NCBI GenBank assembly: GCA_041601615.1
Contig: JBFIHX010000001.1
Span: forward strand, 352,001 to 416,000
DNA length: 64,000 nt
Origin: Thermoplasmatota archaeon
GTDB lineage: Archaea > Thermoplasmatota > E2 > JACPAO01 > JAHFTW01
Direction of reading: 5' to 3'
Below, piece after piece: positions 9,201 to 14,901 of this stretch. Made by a program: the position numbers and the translations under genes. Below the pieces are notes generated by a model. That model did not search any database. It saw only the letters and a list, made by a program, of their open reading frames with translations, and had not been told where the DNA came from. Position 1 is the stretch's first letter. Every line of letters begins with the position of its first letter.

Positions 9201-11219
9201 GGCGCCGTGGTGGATGGGGGTGCCTTTGGGTTGGCCGGTGCTGCCGCTGGTGTAGAGTACGTAGGCGGTGTCTTCGGACGCGACGGCCGCGGGCGCAAAT
9301 TCGTTGCCTACCTGCATCGTGGAGTCGGCGGCGGGCATGGGGACGCGGCGGGCGTCGCTGGCGGGCAGAACGTCGTCGAGTCCGGTGCCCATCAGGACGT
9401 GGCTGGCGCCGCTGTCTTGGAGCATGAACGCGAGTCTTTCTTTCGGGTACGCGGGGTCGAGGGGGAGGTAGGCGGCGCCGCATCGCAGGACGGCGAGGAC
9501 GGCGGCGACGAGATCCGGGCTGCGTTCGGAGCAAAGGCCCACGAGTGCACCGGGGCGGACGCCGGCTGCTTGTAGGGTGGCGGCGAGGACGGTGGCTCGC
9601 TCGTCCAATTCCTGGTAGGTCCAGGCTTCCGGCGCCATCTGGATGGCGATCTTGTCCGGGTGCTGCTGGGCTGTCTGGGCAATCCATTCGTGGACGGTGT
9701 GCGTGGGTGTCGGAAGGGCCGGTGTGGTTCCTAGGGCGAGGAGCCGGGCTTGTTCATCCTCATCCAGCAGGGCCAACTGAGCGAGGGGGGCGTCGGGAGA
9801 TGCGCAGGCGCTTTTCATCAATTGTTCCAAGTGCTGGGCCATGCGAGCGATGGTGGATTCGTCAAACAGGTCGGTGCTGTATTCGATCCAGCCCTGGAAT
9901 CCATCCGGGTCGTCGAGCATGTACAGGGACAAGTCGAATTTGCTTGTGGGGCTGACGACGAATTGAGCTTCCATGTCGAGGCCGTGCGGCTTCGGGGTTT
10001 CGTCGAGGGTGTTTTGCAGCGAAAACAGGGCCTGAAACAGGGGCGTCCGGCTTGGGTCGCGTTCGGGTTGGACCGCTTCGACGACGTGTTCGAAAGGAAC
10101 ATCTTGGTGGCTGTAGGCTTCGAGGCAGGTGCTGCGGGTGCGGGAAAGGAATTCTCGGTAGGAGGGCGCTCCCGTGAAGTCGGCGCGCAGAACGAGGGTG
10201 TTGACAAAGAATCCAATCAAGTCCTCGGTGTCTTTGTGGGTGCGGCCGGAAACGGGAGAGCCCGTGGCCAGATCATCTTGTCCTGAGTACCGGTGCAGGA
10301 GCGATTGGAAGGCGGCAAGGAGCCCCATGTAGACCGTGACGTTTTCGCTTCGACACAGGTCCCGGAACCGCTGGCTGACCGTGGCGGGCAGCCGGAACGA
10401 ATGCATGGTGCCCTGGGAGCCGTGCACGGCGGGCCTAGGGCGATCCGTGGGAAGATCGAGAGCTGGGAGGCCCGACAATTTGGTCTTCCAGTAGTTCAAG
10501 TGCGCTTCGGAGCCGGTTTTGGGTAGGTTGCGTTGCCAGGCGGCGTAGTCGGCGTATTGAATCCGGGGCTCGGGAAGGGGTGCGGTTTCCTTTTGGGTCG
10601 CGGCGGCGGTGTAGTGGGCCGCGAGTTCTTGCTGGAATCGCAGTTCGCTGCCTTCGTCGAAAGCAACGTGGTGGACGGTGACGAGTAATTCGTGGTCTTC
10701 GGCGCCGAGACGCAGCAACCGAGCCCGGAGGACGGGTCCGGTCGTGGGGTCGATGGGCTCTTGGGTTTCCTCAAGTCCGTGCTGGTTGCGGGCTGCTTGT
10801 TGCGCTTCCGGGGCCAGGTCTTGCAGATCATGCAGGGGCAAGGGTACCGAAGCGGCGGGATGGACTACCTGGACGGGACCGTTTGCACCTGCCTCGAACG
10901 TGGTGCGAAGGACACTGTGGCGGCGCACGATCGCGGCAAGTGCCTGCTCGAGTGCCGGGATCTGCAAGGGGCCGCGCATGCGGTAGGCGTTGACCATGTT
11001 GTATGCAGCATTTTTTGGGTCCAATTCGTGCAGAAACCAGAGCCGTTGCTGCGCGTAGGACAGCGGCGCTGGAGCTGCAGGGTCGATCCGTGGAATCGAA
11101 AGCAACGCCGGCTTTGGGCCCTTTTTTTGCACCCATTTTGCCAGCAATGCCGCCTTTGCCTCCGAGAGGACGGACGGGTCAGATGCGGGTTTTTTTGACA
11201 CTTGGTCGGTTGGGTCCAT
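1..11219 (-). CDS. Multimodular nonribosomal peptide synthetase (C-A-T-C-A-T-C-A-T-E-C...), 3' end beyond the left window edge, >3739 aa
   Basis: Translated by hand from ATG at 11219 (MDPTDQVSKKPASDPSVLSEAKAALLAKW...PLSYAQQRLWFLHELDP). Every NRPS motif sampled down to position ~3 is in the same frame: three (Y/H)TSGSTGxPKG, three YGPTE, GGHSL x2, GGDSI, HHLVVDGVSW, EGHGRE, RTVGWFT and YPLTPMQEGMLFH. The ORF track lists no minus-strand ORF in this frame, consistent with no in-frame stop inside the window. Confidence 0.95.
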   Translation of the reverse strand, partial: MDPTDQVSKKPASDPSVLSEAKAALLAKWVQKKGPKPALLSIPRIDPAAPAPLSYAQQRLWFLHELDPKNAAYNMVNAYRMRGPLQIPALEQALAAIVRRHSVLRTTFEAGANGPVQVVHPAASVPLPLHDLQDLAPEAQQAARNQHGLEETQEPIDPTTGPVLRARLLRLGAEDHELLVTVHHVAFDEGSELRFQQELAAHYTAAATQKETAPLPEPRIQYADYAAWQRNLPKTGSEAHLNYWKTKLSGLPALDLPTDRPRPAVHGSQGTMHSFRLPATVSQRFRDLCRSENVTVYMGLLAAFQSLLHRYSGQDDLATGSPVSGRTHKDTEDLIGFFVNTLVLRADFTGAPSYREFLSRTRSTCLEAYSHQDVPFEHVVEAVQPERDPSRTPLFQALFSLQNTLDETPKPHGLDMEAQFVVSPTSKFDLSLYMLDDPDGFQGWIEYSTDLFDESTIARMAQHLEQLMKSACASPDAPLAQLALLDEDEQARLLALGTTPALPTPTHTVHEWIAQTAQQHPDKIAIQMAPEAWTYQELDERATVLAATLQAAGVRPGALVGLCSERSPDLVAAVLAVLRCGAAYLPLDPAYPKERLAFMLQDSGASHVLMGTGLDDVLPASDARRVPMPAADSTMQVGNEFAPAAVASEDTAYVLYTSGSTGQPKGTPIHHGALCNLLAAMQNRLEVTPEDTLLSITTLSFDIGTMELLLPLITGATLSLVSRETARDSEALAALVPTATLMQATPATWRMLVDAGWPKVPESHRRLRALSGGEPLAPDLSRAILARAAQLYNGYGPTETTIYSTAHRVRPQDLDAPRIPIGTAVPGTTLTVVDRHGNLTLPGVPGELRIQGHGVATGYLGRPELSAEKFLTAPDGTRTYCTGDLVRWLPDGTLDYLGRIDRQVKIRGFRIEPGEIEVALRSHKQVTNAVVSVHRSQAEPRLVAYVVAKTPDEPELPALLRQHLAAQLPSHMVPAAFVTLPAIPLLPNGKVDTAKLPAPDEDHLARTATHEPAQTATEHALAALWKEVLGVENVGRADDFFALGGHSLLATRLVARIREDQGITLPLRHVFATPKLRDLATAIDQALAIDAGPDEPRPEPLANRTGLPLSPAQERMWFLHQMDPTSAAYNMAFAHQLTGSLDRDALGAAIQAVVTKHEALRTVVLEAEGAPVQVVLDASEAQVDLAFHDLRTLETDPQTERLHAIMDESAAQPFDLQHGPVLRATLLCRADDDHVLLLVLHHFAFDEHSHQVLLNDLGAAYTAARNGEPSMGPAELQYGDFAHWQAHQDPAPKRAALESWSQRLLAARPLDLPTTHAAPATRTFHGAHHHFKLQVPRPQLQAVSASASATPFMTLLAAFQATLHRFSGQIDFAVAAPSSGRPSEHWNNVVGMFVNTLAIPAHLDAAQTFQNHLTNVRATCSEAYAHDVAYAELASHIHAQRPHATGELAHAFFSFEHANTNMDAIPGLHMETWMVPTPTSKFDVSLFVQDTPAGIRASLEYSTDLFDAAWAQRFAASFQHLLDAAITEPNTPVGNLPLQSPAEASSLLAFNPDATPIMAVSAEAAVRNHATQTPNAVAIECEGIPCTYQALNTRVDAIAARIQARGAGPGTMVAVCMPRGFDLVASLLAVHRVGAAYVPLDPDHPASRTALVLADADIQLVLCTTSTRNALPSSCIRLAVDAPETDNDVHIAPRTDLSTDLAYVLHTSGSTGTPKGVMVGHEALRNLLGAFRAQLDVQSTDRLLAVTTISFDIAALELFLPLVSGATIVLATKKQATDPRYLAPLADNANLMQATPATWRMLVDEDWGGNPNLRALCGGEALPMDLAQSLRSRTASLWNVYGPTETTIWSTIHPVTGDEAAMPIGRPLANTRAYILDPQNQLAPVGVRGELCLAGAGVGAGYLERPELTAEKFVEDPFEPGKRMYRTGDLASWAPDGTLLFHGRMDRQLKVRGFRIEPGDIEHALRQEPGVQQAAVVAHSTAGSSARLVAYVAMEPGFDASGLRKALGKRLPQHMVPSTFVTLDELPLTPNKKIDLAALPAPESVDPATAPGYDAKLVAPRTDTEQALAELWQDLLQVSNVTVHDHFFQRGGHSLLATRLASRIRSVLAVEVPLRDLLAALTLEAQAALVDSLHEANDANDASDATGSISFQQQRMLFLHDLDPASAAYNMAVLRRIQGPLDTAVLQQALGEVIHRHPTLRTIFPRNDHGIPTPKLLAEDQIPLQIIKAEDEEDARCILQDAAHEPFDLATGPIVRATLVTLAPEHHILLIGVHHIAFDEWSEDVLLADLRLAYHARIQGAPPRFKNLPRTYAQHAAATRSRLEAGTLDDQLAYWKQQLASLPPLDLPTDHARPAAPTNHGATTPVRIPGTVLDGLRSLCNDTGATLHMGLLAAWQSLLHRYSGQEDFAVGTPIAGRDHEETHNLIGFFVNTLALRADFSDTPSFRTLLAQAKTTALNAYAHQEAPLEHVVEELGIARELDRTPLFQVAFLLQASAQTPSEPGPNELQWSHFHVPAETAKFDLTLALTDGDDAAEMDGFLEYSTDLFAPETAERMATHFTALLAAMVAEPDRAVAHASMLEAAEEAQIESWNQTKRALPEPAVLHTMFSAQAQATPDAPALIQGDAELTYAELDTASTHLAHRIIGLGIRHGDLVGISTRRSLDTTIAVLAVLKAGAAYIPLDPSYPRERLAFMIEDAAPRLVLTHTDLAERLPVDGDRLYLLDGPGSNDPAEAVALPVVAPDDLAYIIYTSGSTGQPKGVLLEHLGAANLAMSHGVLFAPGPGDRVLQFASASFDASVWEWLMALTHGAALVLPSAGTTLAGDDLAHMLQDQHITLATLPPTALATLDTNTDFPRLHTLIVAGEACAPPLVQHWSKGRRFVNAYGPTETSVCVTAHFAEDPPRRVLPIGHPLPNMEAHVLDANGRPVPIGVPGELHAGGAGLARGYHNRPELTADRFIPHPEKPGARLYRTGDLVRRLADGQLEFLGRIDHQVKIRGYRIELGEVESTLLEHPDVSEVIVMAREDVPGDKRLVAYLTGNTDAATCRQHLETRLPGHMVPSAFVVLDALPLTPNGKVDRRALPDPSASALTSSATFVAPRTPREAELAKVWQEVLRVPRVGIHDNFFELGGDSILSIQVVARAQKRGLAITTRALFDHQTVAALAAVAATEKEVQAEQGLVEGTVPLTPIQHWFFARDLPARHHFNQSVLLEVADSVPDTAIEQAIQRILSHHDALRLRFQSGANGWTQDHVSPDAASHDAYARIGLGDHSAAAADAAMLEACQEAQASLDPTTGHNVRAVLFDLGAERPRKLLIAVHHLVVDGVSWRIILEDLETLFADPEAELPPKSTAFRDWATKLVDHATHDEELQAQLPYWTQQTLDTRLPRDSDGENTTDHEQHIHVTLGRDYTEALLRDLPRASGARTEEALLAALATALAEWTGQNQVLVDMEGHGREDILDDVDTNRTVGWFTTTYPLRIDLPGTSNDATLDAVRETLRAVPNRGIGHGLLEYLGPNAARAQLAALAAPEVSFNYLGRFDDAPSDGPPAKLRMLDDAHGDDVAPVGARNRVLELNGAVTHGQLSMRFSYADSIHHEATIQRVADRFQQVLQDMAQTWKARAERQGSNEAARFPLVRAPAAQLQRALAGRTSQVADAYPLTPMQEGMLFHSLREPETGVYVEQSAFHLDGPINLDALEAAWRTLVTRHDILRTAFAWEGLDEVLQLVYHEAPLEVQRLDWS
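340..1675 (-). other. NRPS domain: epimerization (E) domain
   Basis: PLTPIQHWFF, HHFNQSVLL, HHLVVDGVSWRIILEDL, DMEGHGRED, RTVGWFTTTYP and FNYLG. Boundaries approximate. Confidence 0.92.
1720..4785 (-). other. NRPS module 3: C(HHIAFDE)-A(Phe-type)-T(GGDSI)
   Basis: A domain reads FDASVWE..TLATLPP..LIVAGE..NAYGPTETSVC, giving code DAWTIAAVCK (GrsA PheA is DAWTIAAICK). T domain DNFFELGGDSILS is the variant that precedes E domains. Confidence 0.88.
4835..7905 (-). other. NRPS module 2: C(HHFAFDE)-A(Gly-type)-T
   Basis: A domain reads FDIAALE..MQATPATW..ALCGGE..WNVYGPTETTIW, giving code DILQLGVIWK (Gly-type). T domain is DHFFQRGGHSLL. Confidence 0.88.
7975..11075 (-). other. NRPS module 1: C(HHVAFDE)-A(Gly-like variant)-T
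   Basis: A domain reads FDIGTME..MQATPATW..ALSGGE..YNGYGPTETTIY, giving code DIMQLGGIYK. T domain is DDFFALGGHSLL. Confidence 0.85.
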
Positions 11220-11322
11220 CCTACGACTCTGCTCGAATCCGCTGACCTCTTTAGCGGTTCGGGACGCCGCGTTCGCTGCAAATGCGCCGTGGGGCCCGGC
11301 CACAAGGCAAAAGAGCGCGCCC

Positions 11323-12267
11323 GTGTCGGGCCTGATTGGAGCTCCGGACGTGGAAGACGAACCTTTGGTTGTGGATGGTCTTGTGAAGCGCTACGGCAAA
11401 CTGGTCGCGGTGGACAACGTCTCGTTGCAAGCCAAGCGCGGCCAGGTGCTCTGCGTCCTGGGCACCAATGGCGCCGGCAAGACCACGACCTTGGAGGTTT
11501 CGCAAGGGGTTCGAAAGGCGACCGAGGGGCATGTGCGCATTTTTGGCGAGGATGCCTGGGGTGCCGCCAAGAACCTCAAGCGCCGCATGGGATTCCTTCC
11601 CCAGCAGTTTACAGGCTTTCCCATGCTGACCGTGAAGGAAAACTTGGATTACTTCAGTGCCATCTATGATGCGCGACCCGACACGGAGGGTCTGTTGGCA
11701 AGCCTTGGATTGGAGCACTGCACTCATCAGCGGTTTGGAACCTTGAGCGGGGGCACCATGCGCCGGGTGGCCATCGCGACGGCGCTTGTGAACGACCCTG
11801 AGCTGTTGTTTTTGGACGAACCGGCCGCGGGCGTAGATCCGGCCAGCCGCCGACATTTGTGGGGCATCGTGGAATCGCTTCGCAGCCGGGACCGCGCCAT
11901 TGTCTTGACGACCCACGCCATGGATGAGGCAGAGCGCCTTGCCGATGAAGTGGTGGTGATGCACAAGGGCCGCATTGTTGCCCGTGGCCCCCCGGCACAG
12001 GTTCGCTTGGAGCACGGCGGCGGCGCCATGCTTCGATTGGCGGGAGTGCCCGAGCCGATTCCTGAAATTCTTGCCCGTCGCACCGGTTTGCTCCGAGACG
12101 AGGACGACGCCTTGCTCCTGCCCCTGGCGAGTGCTGCAGAAGGTTCGTCCATCATGGCAAGCCTGGTCCAAGCCGGCGTTCCCTTCCATGAGGTTTCCAT
12201 TCGAGAGCCGAGCCTAGACGACGCCTTCGTTCGACTGGTGGGCACCGGCGCGGAGGCACGCGCATGA
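11323..12267 (+). CDS. ABC transporter ATP-binding subunit (DrrA/NodI-like exporter)
   Basis: Walker A GTNGAGKTT, signature LSGG, Walker B LFLDEP, H-loop TTH. Divergent from the NRPS. Confidence 0.93.
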   Translation: MSGLIGAPDVEDEPLVVDGLVKRYGKLVAVDNVSLQAKRGQVLCVLGTNGAGKTTTLEVSQGVRKATEGHVRIFGEDAWGAAKNLKRRMGFLPQQFTGFPMLTVKENLDYFSAIYDARPDTEGLLASLGLEHCTHQRFGTLSGGTMRRVAIATALVNDPELLFLDEPAAGVDPASRRHLWGIVESLRSRDRAIVLTTHAMDEAERLADEVVVMHKGRIVARGPPAQVRLEHGGGAMLRLAGVPEPIPEILARRTGLLRDEDDALLLPLASAAEGSSIMASLVQAGVPFHEVSIREPSLDDAFVRLVGTGAEARA

Positions 12268-13337
12268 ACCGCCGTGCCGTCGGCGCCGAGTGTCAGTACA
12301 TTTTGCGCATCTGGACGCGCTCCGGTTCCCACATCGTCATGTCGGTGGTGATGCCGGTGATTCTCTTGCTTGCCCTGGGATTCTTCTTCGGCGCGTCGAG
12401 CACGCCAGCACCCCATGTGTTCGTCGAAGATCGAGCCGACTCCGAAGCATCCCATGACTTGGTGGCCAACCTCACCCAATCCAGCTTGTTTGAACTCCAA
12501 TCGGGCAAGGCCCCCGCGCAAGACACCGCCACCATTTCGTCGTGGATGCACGCCCAGAACCTAGACGCATACGTGCACATCCCCGCAGGCTACGGCAACG
12601 CCTCAGCGCCCGAAACCGTGCAGGTCTTTGTGGTGGACGCCGATTCCTACGCCGGCAAAACACTGCTTGCATCCATCCAGCACGCGCTTGCTGCGCCCAC
12701 CGAAACAACCAGTCCCCTTGCCGTGTTGCCCATTGCGCCCGCCCCCGCCTACCGCGCCATGCTGCTTCCCGGCATCATCGGCCTCTCCATCGTCACTACC
12801 GGCGTCTCCGTGGGCTTTGCCAGCATCTCCGAATTGCGCCACCATGGCCTCTTGCAGCGCCTCGCTGCCTCCCCGCTTGGAAAAGCAGAATGGCTCCTGG
12901 GCCGCATGATGGGCGTTGGCGTCGTAAGCCTCGTCTCCGTGCTCGTGCTCCTCGTCGTGAGCCGCATCGTCTTCGGTGCCACATTCACCCTTGGCATCTG
13001 GACGCTCCCGCTCGTCTTGGGAGGAACCTTGGTGTTTGCAGGCCTAGGAACCCTGTTGGGTCTCGCCGTAGAGCGCCCCGAAGCGGGAGCCGCCGTGATG
13101 AACCTCGTGCTCATGCCGCTGATTCTGCTTTCCGGCGCGTTCTTCGACCTCTCCAACAGCCCCGTCGTGCTGCAATGGATCGCCTTGGCCTCGCCCTTGA
13201 CACACCTCGTGGACGGACTACGCGCCGACATGCTCGGCATCGGCGACGCGGCAGTGCCGGCCCTCGCCATGGTCGGATTTGCACTCCTGCTCCTCGTCGG
13301 TGGAGCACGCCTCATTCGGTGGACGGAACGCCCGTAG
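12264..13337 (+). CDS. ABC-2 type exporter permease
   Basis: N-terminal TM helix, an extracytoplasmic loop and further TM helices; motifs LSGAFF..L and SPLTHLVDGLR. ATGA overlap with the ATPase gene. Confidence 0.9.
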   Translation: MNRRAVGAECQYILRIWTRSGSHIVMSVVMPVILLLALGFFFGASSTPAPHVFVEDRADSEASHDLVANLTQSSLFELQSGKAPAQDTATISSWMHAQNLDAYVHIPAGYGNASAPETVQVFVVDADSYAGKTLLASIQHALAAPTETTSPLAVLPIAPAPAYRAMLLPGIIGLSIVTTGVSVGFASISELRHHGLLQRLAASPLGKAEWLLGRMMGVGVVSLVSVLVLLVVSRIVFGATFTLGIWTLPLVLGGTLVFAGLGTLLGLAVERPEAGAAVMNLVLMPLILLSGAFFDLSNSPVVLQWIALASPLTHLVDGLRADMLGIGDAAVPALAMVGFALLLLVGGARLIRWTERP

Positions 13338-14100
13338 AATCCTGCGGCCACGGGAATACTCGAACCAAAGCCGGCTCCGGTCCATCCAAGGCCAACGCCA
13401 AACCGACGCTCGAATGACCCGGAATCGCGGGCCGCTGAAGCCGAAACGACAAGCCTGGCCCCAGCGGATCCGGCACCGCCTCGCCCTGCCACGTCGCCGT
13501 GTCCACTTGTTCCAATGCCAGAGCCAGTCCATGGCCACGCAACTTGCCGTATGCTTCCTTGGCGCTCCAAGCCTGCAAAAACGCCGAACGCCACTCCGAT
13601 GCAGACCCGGACGCAGCAAGCAATGCCTGCTCAGCCACGGAGAAAAACCGCAGCGAAACGTCCTCCACATCCTCGGCGCGTTCAGGAACCTCCACATCCA
13701 CCCCAACTTCCCGATGCCACGCCACCGCAACCACACCCAAGCCGCCCGCGTGGCTCGTGTTGAACTGCAAGGGCGAAGGCTGCAAGGGCTCCTGGTTCTC
13801 CATCAATCGAGGCTTGCCGTGGGACTTGCCACAATGGCGACAGGTTCGATCAAATTGCAGCGCCGACGGATCGCGCCGCGTGTATCCGGCAAGGATGGCT
13901 CGAAGTGCTCCGCGACGGGCGCGGAATCGGGCCGCATCCACGGGATCTCGAAATCGCTTGGCCGCGCTTCGTTCCGCATCCTCCAGGACTTCTTCCGGCA
14001 CGATTGCGGCCTCCGTATCGGTATCGAACCACCATAAATGCACGGCGCCAGCGCGAAGGTCCAGAAGATCCAACAACCCCACACTTGGCCCATGGCTCAT
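13312..14100 (-). CDS. Sfp-type 4'-phosphopantetheinyl transferase
   Basis: HGKP, FNTSHAG, VGVDVE and WSAKEAYGKLRGHGL motifs. Start could be 14100 or 14127. Confidence 0.93.
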   Translation of the reverse strand: MSHGPSVGLLDLLDLRAGAVHLWWFDTDTEAAIVPEEVLEDAERSAAKRFRDPVDAARFRARRGALRAILAGYTRRDPSALQFDRTCRHCGKSHGKPRLMENQEPLQPSPLQFNTSHAGGLGVVAVAWHREVGVDVEVPERAEDVEDVSLRFFSVAEQALLAASGSASEWRSAFLQAWSAKEAYGKLRGHGLALALEQVDTATWQGEAVPDPLGPGLSFRLQRPAIPGHSSVGLALALDGPEPALVRVFPWPQDSTGVPSTE

Positions 14101-14147
14101 GTGCCTGCCGCCGCCACGGCTAAGCACACCCCCACTTCGACCCCCGG

Positions 14148-14900
14148 GTGCCCGCCGTACCAGCGCGACGCATCACGCAAATTCCTGGCTCGTTGCCGAC
14201 CCGGTTGCAGTTGTTTGTGGTTCCCCACGCGGGCGCGGGTGCGTCCGCCTACCGAGGCTTCCGGTCTCTGCTGCCCGAGGACGTGGAGCTCTGCCTCGTG
14301 CATCTGCCGGGCCGAGAAGGCCGCATCCAAGAGCCACTGCTTCGGGATATGCTGGACTTGGTCGATGATTTGCTGCCGTCCCTGCAAGCAGCCACTGCGG
14401 GCCCCTATGCGTTCTTTGGCCACAGCATGGGCGCTATACTTGCCTTCGAAGCAACCATGCGAATCTTGGCCACGGGCGGCCAAGCCCCGCGCCGCCTCTT
14501 CGTCAGTGCCCACCGCGCCCCGCACCTGTCCGATCCGCGAGGGCCACGGCACATGGCCACGGATGAACAACTCCTCGAAGAACTGGCGCGCCTTGGCGGA
14601 ACTCCCCCGGAAATCCTCGCCCACCCCGAACTGATGGCCATGGTCTTGCCCGTGTTTCGAGCCGACTTGGAAGCACTCCATTCCAGGACCAACTCCCGAC
14701 TCGAGGCCCTTCCCGTGCACATCACCGCACTTGGCGGCACCCAAGACCCCACCGTAGGCGAACCGGGACTCGCCGCTTGGCAAGCACTGGCGCCCGCACA
14801 CGGGTTCCAACTTCATTGGTTCGAAGGCGGCCATTTCTACTTCCAAGACAACCCCGCCTTCGCCTCATTCTTGACCAAGCAGCTCCAGGCCCTTTACTGA
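14148..14900 (+). CDS. Type II (editing) thioesterase, GrsT/RifR-like
   Basis: PHAGAGASAY, LPGREGR, FFGHSMGA nucleophile elbow and GGHFY. Confidence 0.94.
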   Translation: MPAVPARRITQIPGSLPTRLQLFVVPHAGAGASAYRGFRSLLPEDVELCLVHLPGREGRIQEPLLRDMLDLVDDLLPSLQAATAGPYAFFGHSMGAILAFEATMRILATGGQAPRRLFVSAHRAPHLSDPRGPRHMATDEQLLEELARLGGTPPEILAHPELMAMVLPVFRADLEALHSRTNSRLEALPVHITALGGTQDPTVGEPGLAAWQALAPAHGFQLHWFEGGHFYFQDNPAFASFLTKQLQALY

Positions 14901-14901
14901 A

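Noticed and set aside
18-11305. Many track ORFs over the NRPS region (e.g. 18..731+, 1521..2858+, 7747..9687-)
   Set aside because: They are antisense or off-frame shadows of the single NRPS frame, typical of GC-rich DNA, and carry no motifs of their own.
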